Below are positions 23,301 to 34,550 of a stretch of DNA of 64,000 bases, one piece after another. The notes under the pieces are model-generated. The model did no database searches, had not been told where the DNA came from, and worked only from the letters and a program-made list of their open reading frames with translations. Position 1 is the first letter of the stretch, and each line of letters begins with the position of its first letter. Source of the stretch: Planktothrix sp. GU0601_MAG3 (GTDB taxonomy: Bacteria; Cyanobacteriota; Cyanobacteriia; Cyanobacteriales; Microcoleaceae). The position numbers and the translations under genes are program-made. Location of the stretch: positions 3,444,578-3,508,577 of the forward strand of contig CP136572.1 in the NCBI GenBank assembly GCA_035193785.1, written 5' to 3'.

Positions 23301-25369
23301 ATGTTAGAAACAGTCACAAACTTCCGTAATGTTGCCATTGTTGGCCCCTATTTAAGTGGTAAAACCACACTCTTAGAGAGTATTTTATCGGTGAGTGGAG
23401 CCATCTCTCGCAAAGGAACAGCAAAAGATGGTAACAGGGTTGGGGATAGTTCTCCAGAAGCAAAAGAACGAAATATGAGTGTAGAAGTGACTGCCGCTGG
23501 TACCGAATATGGCGGCATTCGTTTTACCTTTTTAGACTGTCCGGGTTTCTATCGAATTTGTCCAAGAAACCTATAATGCTTTAATCGGTACGGGATTAGC
23601 GATTGTGGTTTGTGAAGCTGATCCGAGCCGGATTTTAACCCTATCTCCTCTGTTCAAATTCCTAGATGACTGGGAAATTCCCCACCTAGTTTTTGTGAAT
23701 AAAATGGATCGGGTTTGTACCGATGAGGAACGCTGCGTCAACAGTTTTACTGAAATCTTAAACGCCTTAAAATCGGCTTCCACTCGTCCGGTGATTCCCC
23801 AACAATATCCCATTGTTAACGGTGAACAATTGGTGGGTTTTATTGATTTAATTAGCGAACAAGCCTATCATTATCATCCGGGTGCGCCCTCCGATCCCGT
23901 GGCTTTTCCAGAATCCTTAAAAGAGGCTGAACACCTTGCTCGACAAGCAATGTTAGAGGAGTTAGCTAATTTTGATGATCATTTATTAGAAGAACTGTTA
24001 GAAGAAATTGAACCGCCTCAAGATGAAATTATTAAGGATTTAAAAATGGAATTGGGGGCGGATTTAATTGTCCCGGTATTAATAGGAGTAGCTGAACAAG
24101 ATCACGGGGTGCTGGCGTTGTTGGATGCTTTAGTTCGGGAAGCTCCAGAACCTACAATTACCGCAGAACGTCGGGGGCTGAAATCTTCGGAAGGGTTGCC
24201 CATTGCCCAAGTATTGAAAACCTATTATACCCCCCAAGGCGGTAAGCTCTCCCTGGTGCGGGTTTGGCAGGGGGAATTGACCGAAGGTATGGTCTTAAAT
24301 GGGGTACGACCGGGGGGAATGTATCGGATGACCGGACAACAAACCCAAAACGTACAAACGGCAAAAACTGGGGAAATTGTGGCTTTGGGACGGATGGAGG
24401 GAATTCAAACCGGAGATACTTTAACTTCCGAAACCCAATGCTTTAAAAAATCCCTTGCCAAAAGCGGCTTTGCTTCCTGCGGTTTATGGCTGGGCTATTA
24501 CTCCAGAAAACCGCAAAGATGAGGTTAAAATTAGTGCGGCTTTATCTAAAATGTTAGATGAAGATCCGGCATTAAATTGGGAACAAAATAGTGATACCCA
24601 CGAAATTATTTTATGGGGTCAAGGTCAAATTCATTTGCAAGTAACTTTAGATCGACTACGGCGTAAATATAATTTACCCATGGTCACCCATTTACCGAGT
24701 ATTCCCTATAAAGAAACGATTCGCAAAACTACTAATTCCCACGGTCGATATAAACATCAAAGTGGTGGTCATGGACAGTTTGGAGATGTGTATTTAGATA
24801 TTAAACCTCAGCCTCGCGGGGAAGGGTTTAATTTTGGGGAAACTATTGTGGGGGGTGTGGTTCCCCGTCAATATATTCCGGGGGTGGAAACGGGAGTTCG
24901 AGACTATTTAAACCAAGGGCCGTTAGGGTTTCCCGTAGTAGATATAGCGGTGACTTTAACTAATGGTTCCTATCACGCGGTTGATAGTTCGGAACAGGCT
25001 TTTAAACAGGCTGCTCGGTTAGCAATGCAGTCGGGAATGGAGAAATGTGAACCGATTTTATTGGAACCTATTACGGCGGTTGAAATTTGCGCTCCCAGTG
25101 ATTTTACTGCCCAAATGTTTCAGTTAATTACTGGCCGACGGGGGCAAATTTTAGGTTATGAACCGATGTCGGACTGGAAGGGATGGGATAAAATTTCTGC
25201 CTATATTCCTCAAGCGGAAATGCAGGATTTAATTGTGGAATTGCGTTCATTAACTTTAGGAGTGGGTTATTTTAATTGGCAATTTGATCGTTTACAGGAA
25301 GTTCCTGAAAAGTTAACGGAACGGATTTTAGCAACGGTGAAGGGAAATGGCAATGGTAATGGGAAATAA
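23301..25369 (+). CDS. fusA: Elongation factor G-like paralog (EF-G2 type); two frameshifts
   Basis: Divergent G1 motif GPYLSGKTT, plus DCPG, NKMD, KHQSGGHGQFG, GSYHAVDSS, LLEP. Confidence 0.85.
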
Positions 25370-25394
25370 TCAGTTGTAATAGCCATCGGGGGAA

Positions 25395-25580
25395 TTACAA
25401 GAAATTGGTATTTTCCCCTGAGTTAATATTCTGAGACTTCCCCAATTTTGTTTTTTGCTGTATCAAACCCTCGCCAGGAAAACCCGTGGTATGAATAACT
25501 CCATTAATTTTGCTAAAGTGGGTTTGAGATTGAGCGATCGCCTTCTGCATTTGTTGTAAAGTTGACCGATAACTAATCAA
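25395..25580 (-). pseudogene. Relic fragment of a type I PKS ketoreductase domain
   Basis: QMQKAIAQSQTHFSKINGVIHTTG.PGEGLIQQKT resembles the KR segment A..AFG.I.GVIHAAG...; isolated and truncated. Confidence 0.45.
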
Positions 25581-25618
25581 CTCTTACACTAATAACTAAT
25601 AATGGATTACTGAAACCA

Positions 25619-26011
25619 ATGGACGAAATCGCCAAGAAAATTGCTGGTCTGGGTCTTCCCGGTATATTTCTCGTGATTCTCACTGTCTCATCAGCCGGAA
25701 GCAACGCTGCCATTGCTGCTGCCCTCACAGCCCTGGGAGGGCCCTTTGGGATTGTTGGCGGGATAGGAATACTGGGTTTAATGACGGTGTTAGGAGATAC
25801 TGTCGCTGGATATGGAATTGAAGCTGTTCTTCATGCTGTCTATGCAGAACGGAGAAAAACTGAATCTGTTAGATATCTCCTGAAAGAAATCCAAGATTTA
25901 CCTATTTCCAATGAGCTCAAACTCAAACTCAAAAATCAACTTAGTCCAGACGCACAATCTCGGGTGGAAGACGTTGAGCTTATAAAAATAGTTGAAATTG
26001 TTGAAGATTGA
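25619..26011 (+). CDS. Hypothetical Gly/Ala-rich membrane protein
   Basis: 130-aa ORF with a glycine-zipper-like hydrophobic N-terminus. Confidence 0.65.
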   Translation: MDEIAKKIAGLGLPGIFLVILTVSSAGSNAAIAAALTALGGPFGIVGGIGILGLMTVLGDTVAGYGIEAVLHAVYAERRKTESVRYLLKEIQDLPISNELKLKLKNQLSPDAQSRVEDVELIKIVEIVED

Positions 26012-26211
26012 TTTGAATTATACCTTGGGAATGGGGAATGGGGAATGGGCAATAGGCAATAGGCAATAGGCTGCGTCGTGAGTCGTGAGCTAGTCGAAGG
26101 GTCGAACGGTCGAACGGTCGAACTAGAACAGGCAACAGTAGGCAGTGAAAGTTAATGAGTTGGCTGGATTTAGAAGTATCCTAACTGCAATGTGTAGTGC
26201 TATTAAAAACC

Positions 26212-27390
26212 TTAAATCCAGCCTAAATGCTCTTTAACTGTGTTCATGGCTATTCTAACGTTACTAGCAGTAAAGGATATTTTATAGGGATTATTTAGCT
26301 TTTTCGGGTTAGGATCAATGGTAATTACATTTCCTTGCCAAAGTTCACTTTCCCTTGACCAGTCGAGGGCGGCTAATTCCGAGACTTTTTCTAAATCAAA
26401 GGTATGGCTATATTGATCATAAGTTAGATGTAGTAACCGCCCTAAAATTTCTAAGCCCATACTTACCCCTAAGATATATTTATCTTTAAAACTATCAATT
26501 TCCTCAATAGTTAATTCTTCTTTAGGAGTTTGGGCAATATATTCAGTAGCAGGGCATTCTTCAAAAAACTGATTTAAACAACTGGCTAATTGTTCGGACG
26601 CCATATCAACATCATAGTCGATTAATTCATCGCTGGAATCATCTGTGAACACACAACTGACAAACTTGACAATATAATTCATCGTGTAAATTAATTTCTG
26701 TTTACTGGCTGGACTGGCTTTAATTTTCTCGGTTTTTTCCTTAAACATGAACACAGAGTCAACTAAATTCTTGGTAATTCCAATTCTGCCGGAAAACTCT
26801 CCAAAGGAAATTAATAAAGATTTATCTAGTTGTCGAGTTTGTGCCATATCTCTAAAGTCGGTTTGACATTGATTAAAATTACCTTCTAATACTAAGGTAA
26901 TGGGAAAATCATGGTCGGCAATGAGTTCGGCTGTTGAGCTATCTTGGATTAAGTCACGAATTGCTTGTTTGCGATGTTGACCATCGGTAATATCTAATTT
27001 TGTAGTCCGGGGAATAATGACAAAACAAACCCCGCGACCTAAATCTATTAATTCAATTTTTCCTGGGTCAACATTAGCGGTTAAAGTTCCAATAATCCAA
27101 GGTTTATCTTGATTAACTCGTTTTATAATATAGTCTTTAATTTCTTGGGCATGACCTTTAACTTCCGGGCGGTTTTTACCGGAATCGGGGTTATTATCTA
27201 GGGAAGGTTGGGCTTGTAATAATGTGGGTAAATCAAAGGCAGGGACGTTAATTTGAATCATTTTCCGTTTGCCTTGTTGCAACAGTAAACCAATATAGCA
27301 CTTTTGACGGTGGTTTTGAGTAAAAAGGGGCTCCAACAGAGAATCAATTTTCAGGCTTAATTCTGAAAGGCTGTTATTATTTGTATTCAT
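26212..27390 (-). CDS. dndB: DndB-like DGQHR-domain protein
   Basis: ITDGQHR motif, QTDFRDMAQT, adjacent to dndCDE. Confidence 0.8.
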   Translation of the reverse strand: MNTNNNSLSELSLKIDSLLEPLFTQNHRQKCYIGLLLQQGKRKMIQINVPAFDLPTLLQAQPSLDNNPDSGKNRPEVKGHAQEIKDYIIKRVNQDKPWIIGTLTANVDPGKIELIDLGRGVCFVIIPRTTKLDITDGQHRKQAIRDLIQDSSTAELIADHDFPITLVLEGNFNQCQTDFRDMAQTRQLDKSLLISFGEFSGRIGITKNLVDSVFMFKEKTEKIKASPASKQKLIYTMNYIVKFVSCVFTDDSSDELIDYDVDMASEQLASCLNQFFEECPATEYIAQTPKEELTIEEIDSFKDKYILGVSMGLEILGRLLHLTYDQYSHTFDLEKVSELAALDWSRESELWQGNVITIDPNPKKLNNPYKISFTASNVRIAMNTVKEHLGWI

Positions 27391-27565
27391 TTTCAGGCAA
27401 CTATAAACAAGGTTAATGAGCTTATTTTAAACTTTTTTCTGACATTTGTACAAAATAATTTGCTATTTTATTTTTCTGGAAATGGTTGTTTCTTTTAACT
27501 TAATTCTTTTTAATATTCTCGGCATATTTACGGAGTTAATTGTTGTCACCGGAGTTGGTTTTAAG

Positions 27566-27670
27566 TGTTGACTAAAAAATCAAGAGTATGGGCGTGTTCC
27601 CCCTTACAACATTATCTCTCCGACGGCGGGTTTTGTCAACCCCCTTTCCCAGAAAAACGAAATTTTTTTG
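27566..27670 (-). promoter_or_regulatory. Sigma70-type promoter plus palindrome (copy A), upstream of dndB
   Basis: Minus strand TTGACA (27639-27634), 17 bp spacer, GATAAT (27616-27611); palindrome TTGATTT-TT-TAGTCAA at 27568-27583. Confidence 0.7.
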
Positions 27671-27728
27671 AGTGGAAAGAATTTTTTTGACCGCAAAATA
27701 TTATTGTCACCACCAAGACACAGAAAGG

Positions 27729-29309
27729 TTATAGGGTTTGGGGTAAACCGACCTCTTTGGGTTTAACGAATTTACCATCAAAACTGACAGCTTTATTTTC
27801 AAATGTCCTAGCATCGGCTAAGGCTTTGCGTAACTCGGCGCATTCCATGGGTTGCTGCATTCCTCCTAATAAATAGATGAGTAATTTGGCGGCTAGGTCT
27901 TTTCCGGCGACTCTGACCCGGCGTTTATTGGGGTCATATAATATTCCATACCAGAGGGAGTCGGGATATTCCATACCACTAAACCCTCCAGACCCATCAA
28001 AACTTTGCAATTTCTGAAAAATTTCTGTTAGGGGTTGTTGTTGATAAAAGACTAATACCCCCAAGGCGGCGGCGACGGCTACTTGACCAACGGGGCGAAA
28101 TAATATATTTCCTTCCCCTGGGGGTTTTTCAAAACTAAACCTGCGGAGGTCGGGGGTTTCCCAACGGTCTTCTAAGCGTTGATAACTGGGTAAACTTGCC
28201 AAGCTATCAAAAAGTTGTTGTAATTCCTGAATACCCGTTTCTAACTCCTGGGTTGTGGGGCGTCGGGGGACTAACCCGGGTTTGGCGGCTTTCCAGTGGG
28301 GAAATTTGGGGGTGAGGTAGCGTTGACCCATATCTGTTAGGGCTTGCAGGGTAGTTAATACCGTTGACTTGGAGGCGACGGTGGCGCTATCCCAATTAAT
28401 TCTAGGGTGGCGTCCGGGTTTATCGACAAATAGGGGATGGGAAACGACGACCCGGCGAGTCACAATAGAAAACCCATCATCTTCGTCTAATAGGGCTAAC
28501 TGTCCTTTACTGAGTTTAACGGCCATTAAGTTAACGTGAACAAAAATAGACCTAACCCTTTGTCTGGCTTGGGCGCGGGTTTCTCCTTTGACAACGGCGG
28601 GAATAAATTCTACGCCGATGGTTTCCTGGGATAACTGTTGTAACTGTTGGGGGGTGATACCGAATTTTTGGGTCATCTCCTTAACGGTAATAGCATCCCC
28701 GACGGGTTTTTTCTGTTTGCTATAGGGTTGTAAACGTCCTGTGCGTAGGAGTTGCATTAACCCTTGTATCCCCATGAGGCGATGTTGTCCATCTAGGGCA
28801 AATACGGATATATCCCCAGACATCTGCAATAGTCCGAGTTTTCCCTGACTATCCAGGGGTAAAAATTCAATGGCGGACTGGGTGGCCCGGCCCTGTTTAT
28901 CCCATTGGGGGGCTTGGGGGTTATCGACCCAGGAGGGACTGAGGACGACTAACACGGCCGGAAATTTATGGTCTTTATGGTTGGTCAGGTATTGGGTGAG
29001 GGTGGCCTGTCGTGACCAGTCCAGGGGACGTTGCAGGATATCGTCCACGGTTTCGGTGTCTCTTTCGACGTTTCCTGTGGGGTCTAAATGGGGTTGAAAT
29101 AGGGGCAGTTGGGAGGCAAAACCAACTTTGGCGGCTATCCATTCTAGGGTGATGGAGGTGATAAAGGTTTCGGTTTCGGCCATTTGGGCTTTGTGGGCTA
29201 GGATGCGATCGTTGTTGTAGAGGGGTTTGAGGAGATCGGCGATCGCTTCTAAGTCTTGTTGGAGTTGGTCGGGGGTGTTATTTTCCATTCTGGTTGCCAA
29301 GGGGTGCAA
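27729..29309 (-). CDS. Large DGQHR-domain (DndB/ParB-like) protein
   Basis: QRPLDWSRQ, FPAVL, ALDGQHRL, RSIFVHVN motifs; divergent from the dnd genes. Confidence 0.82.
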   Translation of the reverse strand: MHPLATRMENNTPDQLQQDLEAIADLLKPLYNNDRILAHKAQMAETETFITSITLEWIAAKVGFASQLPLFQPHLDPTGNVERDTETVDDILQRPLDWSRQATLTQYLTNHKDHKFPAVLVVLSPSWVDNPQAPQWDKQGRATQSAIEFLPLDSQGKLGLLQMSGDISVFALDGQHRLMGIQGLMQLLRTGRLQPYSKQKKPVGDAITVKEMTQKFGITPQQLQQLSQETIGVEFIPAVVKGETRAQARQRVRSIFVHVNLMAVKLSKGQLALLDEDDGFSIVTRRVVVSHPLFVDKPGRHPRINWDSATVASKSTVLTTLQALTDMGQRYLTPKFPHWKAAKPGLVPRRPTTQELETGIQELQQLFDSLASLPSYQRLEDRWETPDLRRFSFEKPPGEGNILFRPVGQVAVAAALGVLVFYQQQPLTEIFQKLQSFDGSGGFSGMEYPDSLWYGILYDPNKRRVRVAGKDLAAKLLIYLLGGMQQPMECAELRKALADARTFENKAVSFDGKFVKPKEVGLPQTL

Positions 29310-29436
29310 TAGGCGTTAAACTATCCTAAAATGGTTTTTAAAAACTTGTTATTAATTTTTAAAAACTTATTCTGAGTCCTATTTTACCTAATTAGTGGGG
29401 TTTAGGGAATATTTTTTATGGCTAAAGGGGGAAACA

Positions 29437-30420
29437 ATGACTACAGGGGGACAACCAGAAGGTAGAAATCTAGCTGACTATATTAATTGTTTTTCTCAAA
29501 TTCAGGTCTATAAAAACAAGAAAAGAGGCGGTGAAGCACTCAATCAACCTATTTTATTATTATCTGTAGTTGATGCAATATCACAAGGTTTAATTATAGA
29601 AAACCGTATTTTTATATCTGATGAATTGATTGATACATTTAAAAAATATTGGTCTATTTTAACTTCTGACCCGTTTAAAGGTAGTGATTTCGCGCTACCA
29701 TTTTTTCATCTCAAGAATGGTAAGTATAAATTTTGGCATCTTAAATTTAGTTCAGAATATGACGGAGGAAGACCCCAAACAATTCCTAAAATCAGAAAAG
29801 ATGTTGATTATGCTCATTTAGATCAGGAGCTTTTTAACTTTATTCAAGATCCAAATAGTAGAAAGGAATTGATAGATAGTTTAATTAATGCTTGGTTTAC
29901 TTCCAGCCAAAAAGCTATAGAAGAAATATTGAAAATCAACCAAGATTTAGAAAATTTTGGCTCAGATGATTTAGAAACAACTTCTGAATCTGATAATACA
30001 GAGAAAAAAAAAATAAAGTTTTACCTTAAAAAGTCAGTTGTTAGAGAGGCATTTTTCCGTAAAGCTGTTGTACATCTTTATGATTATAGATGTGCTTTCT
30101 GTAGATTACGGGTAACTCGCTCTTTAAGTCAAAGCCTTGTAGATGGCGCACACATTAAACCCTTTGCTAAATTTTATGATAGCAATATAAAAAATGGAAT
30201 TTCACTTTGTAAAAATCATCATTGGGCTTTTGATCAAGGTTGGTTTACAATAGATAATAATTACAAAATTATAATTGCTCAAGATTTAGATGAAGATTCA
30301 CCCTATAATAGAGATATGAAAGAATTTAATGGGGAATTAATTTTTTTACCTAACTCTGAATTAAATTTCCCTCGAATGGATTCACTAATATGGCATCGCC
30401 AGAATATATTTAGAGCATAG
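29437..30420 (+). CDS. HNH endonuclease with an N-terminal SBD-like (phosphorothioate sulfur-binding-like) domain
   Basis: N-terminal ALNQPILLLS...ALPFFHLKN...FWHL; C-terminal CAFC...GAHIKPF...NGISLCKNHHWAFD. Confidence 0.75.
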   Translation: MTTGGQPEGRNLADYINCFSQIQVYKNKKRGGEALNQPILLLSVVDAISQGLIIENRIFISDELIDTFKKYWSILTSDPFKGSDFALPFFHLKNGKYKFWHLKFSSEYDGGRPQTIPKIRKDVDYAHLDQELFNFIQDPNSRKELIDSLINAWFTSSQKAIEEILKINQDLENFGSDDLETTSESDNTEKKKIKFYLKKSVVREAFFRKAVVHLYDYRCAFCRLRVTRSLSQSLVDGAHIKPFAKFYDSNIKNGISLCKNHHWAFDQGWFTIDNNYKIIIAQDLDEDSPYNRDMKEFNGELIFLPNSELNFPRMDSLIWHRQNIFRA

Positions 30421-30453
30421 TTAAAGATTTAGTATTACAACTGAGGTGTTAAA

Positions 30454-32033
30454 ATGACAGAAACTCTAATCAACATTGAATCTAAAAGCACAGTTGAACA
30501 ATTCATTGACGCTGTTGAAACATTAACTGAAGAAATTCAAGATTTATACTTACAAGAAGAATGCCCTTTAATTATAGGATGGAGTGGAGGGAAAGACAGC
30601 ACCTCTGTGCTTCAGCTTATCTGGAATTCTATTGCAGCATTACCCGTTGAGCAACGCACAAAAACAATTCATGTTATTACTAATGATACCTTAGTTGAAA
30701 ATCCAATAATTTCTACTTGGGTGAAAAGATCTTTAGAAAAAATGCAATTAGCAGCTAAAGAACAAAAAATGCCTATAGAAACACATCTAACTTATCCAGC
30801 CATTCAGGATACATTTTGGGTGTGTTTAATTGGTAAAGGTTATCCGACCCCCAGACAACGATTTAGATGGTGTACAGATCGCTTAAAAATCCAGCCCGCA
30901 GATTCATTTATTCAAGAAGTTCTTAAAACTAATCGTGAAGCCATCTTAGTTTTAGGAAACTCGCAAAACCGAAAGTATTCAAAGATCAATGAATATGGCA
31001 AAGCATCGAAAACGGAGAGTTCGCGATCGCTTAAATACAAATCCTCGTCGTCCTGATTGCTTAGTTTATTCCCCCATTGAAGATTGGCAAACTGATGAAG
31101 TTTGGATGTATTTAATGCAATGGGAAAACCCTTGGGGTTTGGATAATAAAGAATTACTTGCGATGTATCGAGGTGCAACAGCAGATAATGACTGTCCGCT
31201 GGTTGTGGATACTTCTACCCCTAGTTGTGGAAGTTCTCGGTTTGGTTGTTGGGTTTGTACTTTGGTAACTAAAGATAAATCAATGGAGGCAATGATTATT
31301 AATGATGAAGCTAAAGAATGGATGCAACCATTATTAAATCTCCGTAATGAATTAGATCCTACAAATGATCGAGATAAGCGAGATTTTAGACGAATATTTG
31401 GAAAAGTTCAACTATTTGAACGGAATATTGATGGGGAAATATCCGTCGAACCTATTCCTGGGCCCTATACCAAAAAATGGCGAGAACATTGGTTAAGACG
31501 AGTATTAGAAGCACAACAACAAATTAGAAAAACAGCACCCGAAGAATATCGAGATATAACCTTAATTACCATAGGAGAACTGAGCGAAATCAGACGAATA
31601 TGGTTAGAAGAAAAACACGAATTTGATGATAGTGTACCTAAAATTTTCACCGAAGTTATGGGAGAAACCTTTGAAGACCCCCGTTTGGGTGCAGGAAATA
31701 CCGTTCTGGGTGCAGATGAATGGGAATTATTAGAAGAACTTAGTCAAGGAGATACAATGTATATGGAATTAATGGCAAAACTGATTGATACAGAACGTCA
31801 ATATAAAACCATGGCGAGACGAAATGGTATTTATGATGATTTGGAAAAGTGTTTAGAAACCAGTTTCTCGACCTCAAGAGCAAGCTATTAATAATGCTCA
31901 TTACGAACGCAAATTAAAAGAAGCCGCCAAAACCGGAAATGTTGAACAGGTCAAGCACGCCATAGAAGACAAAAACCCCGAACCTCCACAACAGTTAAGT
32001 TGGGGAAGTTTGAAATTTCAAAACCCTACCTAA
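30454..32033 (+). CDS. dndC: DNA phosphorothioation sulfurtransferase DndC; two frameshifts
   Basis: PAPS-reductase motif SGGKDS, plus DTLVENP, RWCTDRLKI, CPLVVDTSTPSCGSSRFGCWVCT; corrected stop at 32031-32033. Confidence 0.93.
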
Positions 32034-32055
32034 CCCATCCTATTATATTAGGTAA

Positions 32056-32417
32056 AGCAGTGCGAGCGTCCCCGCTCGCTAACCCCATCTAAATGGCTAT
32101 CCAACTCCTTTATTTGGCGTAGGGTTGATAATTATTAGCGTAGGATTAAATAATTATTAGCGTAGGGTTGATAATTATTAGCGTAGGATTAAATAATTAT
32201 TAGCGTAGGGTTGATAATTATTAGCGTAGGATTAAATAATTATTAGCGTAGGGTTGATAGTTATTAGCGTAGGGTTGATAATTATTAGCGTAGGATTAAA
32301 TAATTATTAGCGTAGGGTTGATAATTATTAGCGTAGGGTTGATAATTATTAGCGTAGGGTTGATAATTATTAGCGTAGGGTTGATAATTATTAGCGAACG
32401 AGGACGTTCGCACTGCT
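32056..32417. repeat. REPIN-like element: 26-bp inverted repeats enclosing 13 tandem 21/22-bp units
   Basis: Inverted repeats at 32056-32081 and 32392-32417 (3 mismatches); units GCGTAGGGTTGATAATTATTA and GCGTAGGATTAAATAATTATTA at 32117-32393. Confidence 0.85.
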
Positions 32418-32515
32418 GTAGCTAATACAATCACACACTGCTATAATTATATATAGTAATGCGATTGTTCTACCACAAAAAGCATTTATACAAAGTATTT
32501 ATAGAGTATAAAAAA

Positions 32516-34501
32516 ATGATTTTCCTAGAATTAACCTTAGAAAACTTTGGCCCCTATCGAGGGAAACAAGTAATTGATTTACGCCCTAAAATTAATGATA
32601 ATGTGATTAGTCCCATTGTCTTATTTGGAGGTATGAATGGCGGCGGAAAAACTACCTTAATGGATGCGATGCGCCTCGCCCTTTATGGACAACGCGCCCA
32701 ATGTTCTACCCGGGGAAATTTGAGTTATCCCGACTTTCTTAAACAAGCGGTTAATAAACAGACCCTAGCCCATGAAGAAACCAGTGTAGAATTATTATTT
32801 GAACATATTGTTAAAAATATGCAAGTCGAGTTTCGGGTCAAACGTCGCTGGACAAAAAACCCGAAAAATGGTAAGGATATTTTAGGCATATTAATTGATG
32901 ATTGGCCGGACTCCGCTTGGGTAGAAACCTGGGATGAACGCATCGAAGATTTTTTCCCGATAGGAATTTCTAACCTATTTTTATTTGATGGGGAACAGGT
33001 TAAGGAATTAGCCGATTTAGACAGTCCTCCTAATGTTGTGGTACAAGCAATTCAATCTTTATTAGGATTAGAATTATCTGAACGTTTAGCCGTAGATTTA
33101 GATATTTTAGCTAACCGCAAACGCCGACAGTTAGCCGACTCAAAAGAGTTAGCGTATTTAGAGGAAATTGAAACTAAAATAAATCAGTATAAATCCGAAG
33201 CAGACGGGGCGGAAATGGCGGTAGCAGAATTAAAAATCCAGGCTGGAATTGCTAAGACAAAGTTAAATCAAGCTAAGGAAAAATTCAAACTCGAAGGTGG
33301 CAAAATAGCCGGAGAACGGAGTCAATTAGAGAAAAAATTATTAGATGAAAAAGAAAAAACCAAACAACAACGGGAACGTCTTTGTGAATTAGCAGCCGAA
33401 GGTTTGCCTTTAAGTTTAATTCAACCTTTATTAATTCAAGCGCGAAAGCAAGGAAAACAGGAGTTGAATTGGGAAAAAGCCAAGGTAGCTCAGGATTTTA
33501 TTAAAGATCGAGATCAACGATTATTTCAATATTTAGAAGAACTGAATATTGCCAAAAAACAGCTAGAAAGTGTTAAGATATATCTGGAAACTGATTATCA
33601 AAATTTAACCGAAAATCATCATAATCAAGAAAAGATATTTTTAGAAATTGATGAAAAAGTTTTCAGTCAATTAGGAACATTTTTAGACCATCAACTTCCT
33701 AGTCAAATCCAACAATCTCAGGACGTTTTAGAGGCTTTAAGGGTCATTGAAGATGCCCTTTCTAGTCTGGATAAACAATTGGCTATTGCTGCACCTCCAG
33801 AGGTCTATGAACAACTGTTAGAAATGGTATCCCAAGCCCAAACAGAATACACTAAAATTGAAACTGCTATTGAAGCAGCCGAACAACGATCTAAAAAATG
33901 TCTAACTGAATATGAAAAGGCTAAAAAAGACCTAGAAAAATATAGTCAAAATACCATTGATCGAAAAAATGCCAATCATATTATTGAGACTATTAGTAAA
34001 GTTCAAGATTCCTTAAAAATATTTAAAGAAAAATTAACCCTGAAAAAACTAAATAAATTAGAAGTAGAAGTGACCGAATGTTTCCGCTATTTATTACACA
34101 AATCAGACTTAGTACATCGAGTGGTAATTGCTACGGAAGATTTTAGTTTATCCCTGTACGATCCCCAGGGACAACCTGTGGAAAAACATCGCCTATCTGC
34201 GGGGGAAAAACAACTGTTAGCGATCGCTTTTTTATGGGGTTTAGCCAGGGTTTCAGGACTCAATTTACCCATCGCCATTGATACCCCCTTGGGTCGTTTG
34301 GACTCCTCCCACCGTCAAAACCTAATTGAACGGTATTTTCCCGCAGCTAGTCATCAAGTTATTTTACTCTCAACGGATACGGAAATTACCCAGAAGGAAG
34401 TTAATAGCTTACGAGAACAAGATGCGATCGCCCGGGAATACCTACTCAAATATGATCCTAAACAACGTCAAACCCACATTGAACAGGGTTATTTCTTTTA
34501 A
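32516..34501 (+). CDS. dndD: DNA sulfur modification ATPase DndD (SMC-like)
   Basis: MIFLELTLENFGPY, Walker A GMNGGGKTT, LFDGE, signature LSAGEKQ, Walker B IDTPLGRLD, HQVILLSTDTE. Confidence 0.95.
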   Translation: MIFLELTLENFGPYRGKQVIDLRPKINDNVISPIVLFGGMNGGGKTTLMDAMRLALYGQRAQCSTRGNLSYPDFLKQAVNKQTLAHEETSVELLFEHIVKNMQVEFRVKRRWTKNPKNGKDILGILIDDWPDSAWVETWDERIEDFFPIGISNLFLFDGEQVKELADLDSPPNVVVQAIQSLLGLELSERLAVDLDILANRKRRQLADSKELAYLEEIETKINQYKSEADGAEMAVAELKIQAGIAKTKLNQAKEKFKLEGGKIAGERSQLEKKLLDEKEKTKQQRERLCELAAEGLPLSLIQPLLIQARKQGKQELNWEKAKVAQDFIKDRDQRLFQYLEELNIAKKQLESVKIYLETDYQNLTENHHNQEKIFLEIDEKVFSQLGTFLDHQLPSQIQQSQDVLEALRVIEDALSSLDKQLAIAAPPEVYEQLLEMVSQAQTEYTKIETAIEAAEQRSKKCLTEYEKAKKDLEKYSQNTIDRKNANHIIETISKVQDSLKIFKEKLTLKKLNKLEVEVTECFRYLLHKSDLVHRVVIATEDFSLSLYDPQGQPVEKHRLSAGEKQLLAIAFLWGLARVSGLNLPIAIDTPLGRLDSSHRQNLIERYFPAASHQVILLSTDTEITQKEVNSLREQDAIAREYLLKYDPKQRQTHIEQGYFF

Positions 34502-34550
34502 GGGGGGGAGAAGGGGAGAAGATTTCATCGCAAAAAAATATTAATCTGGA

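Noticed and set aside
32117..32393. CRISPR array
   Set aside because: Units are directly adjacent with no unique spacers, and there are no cas genes.
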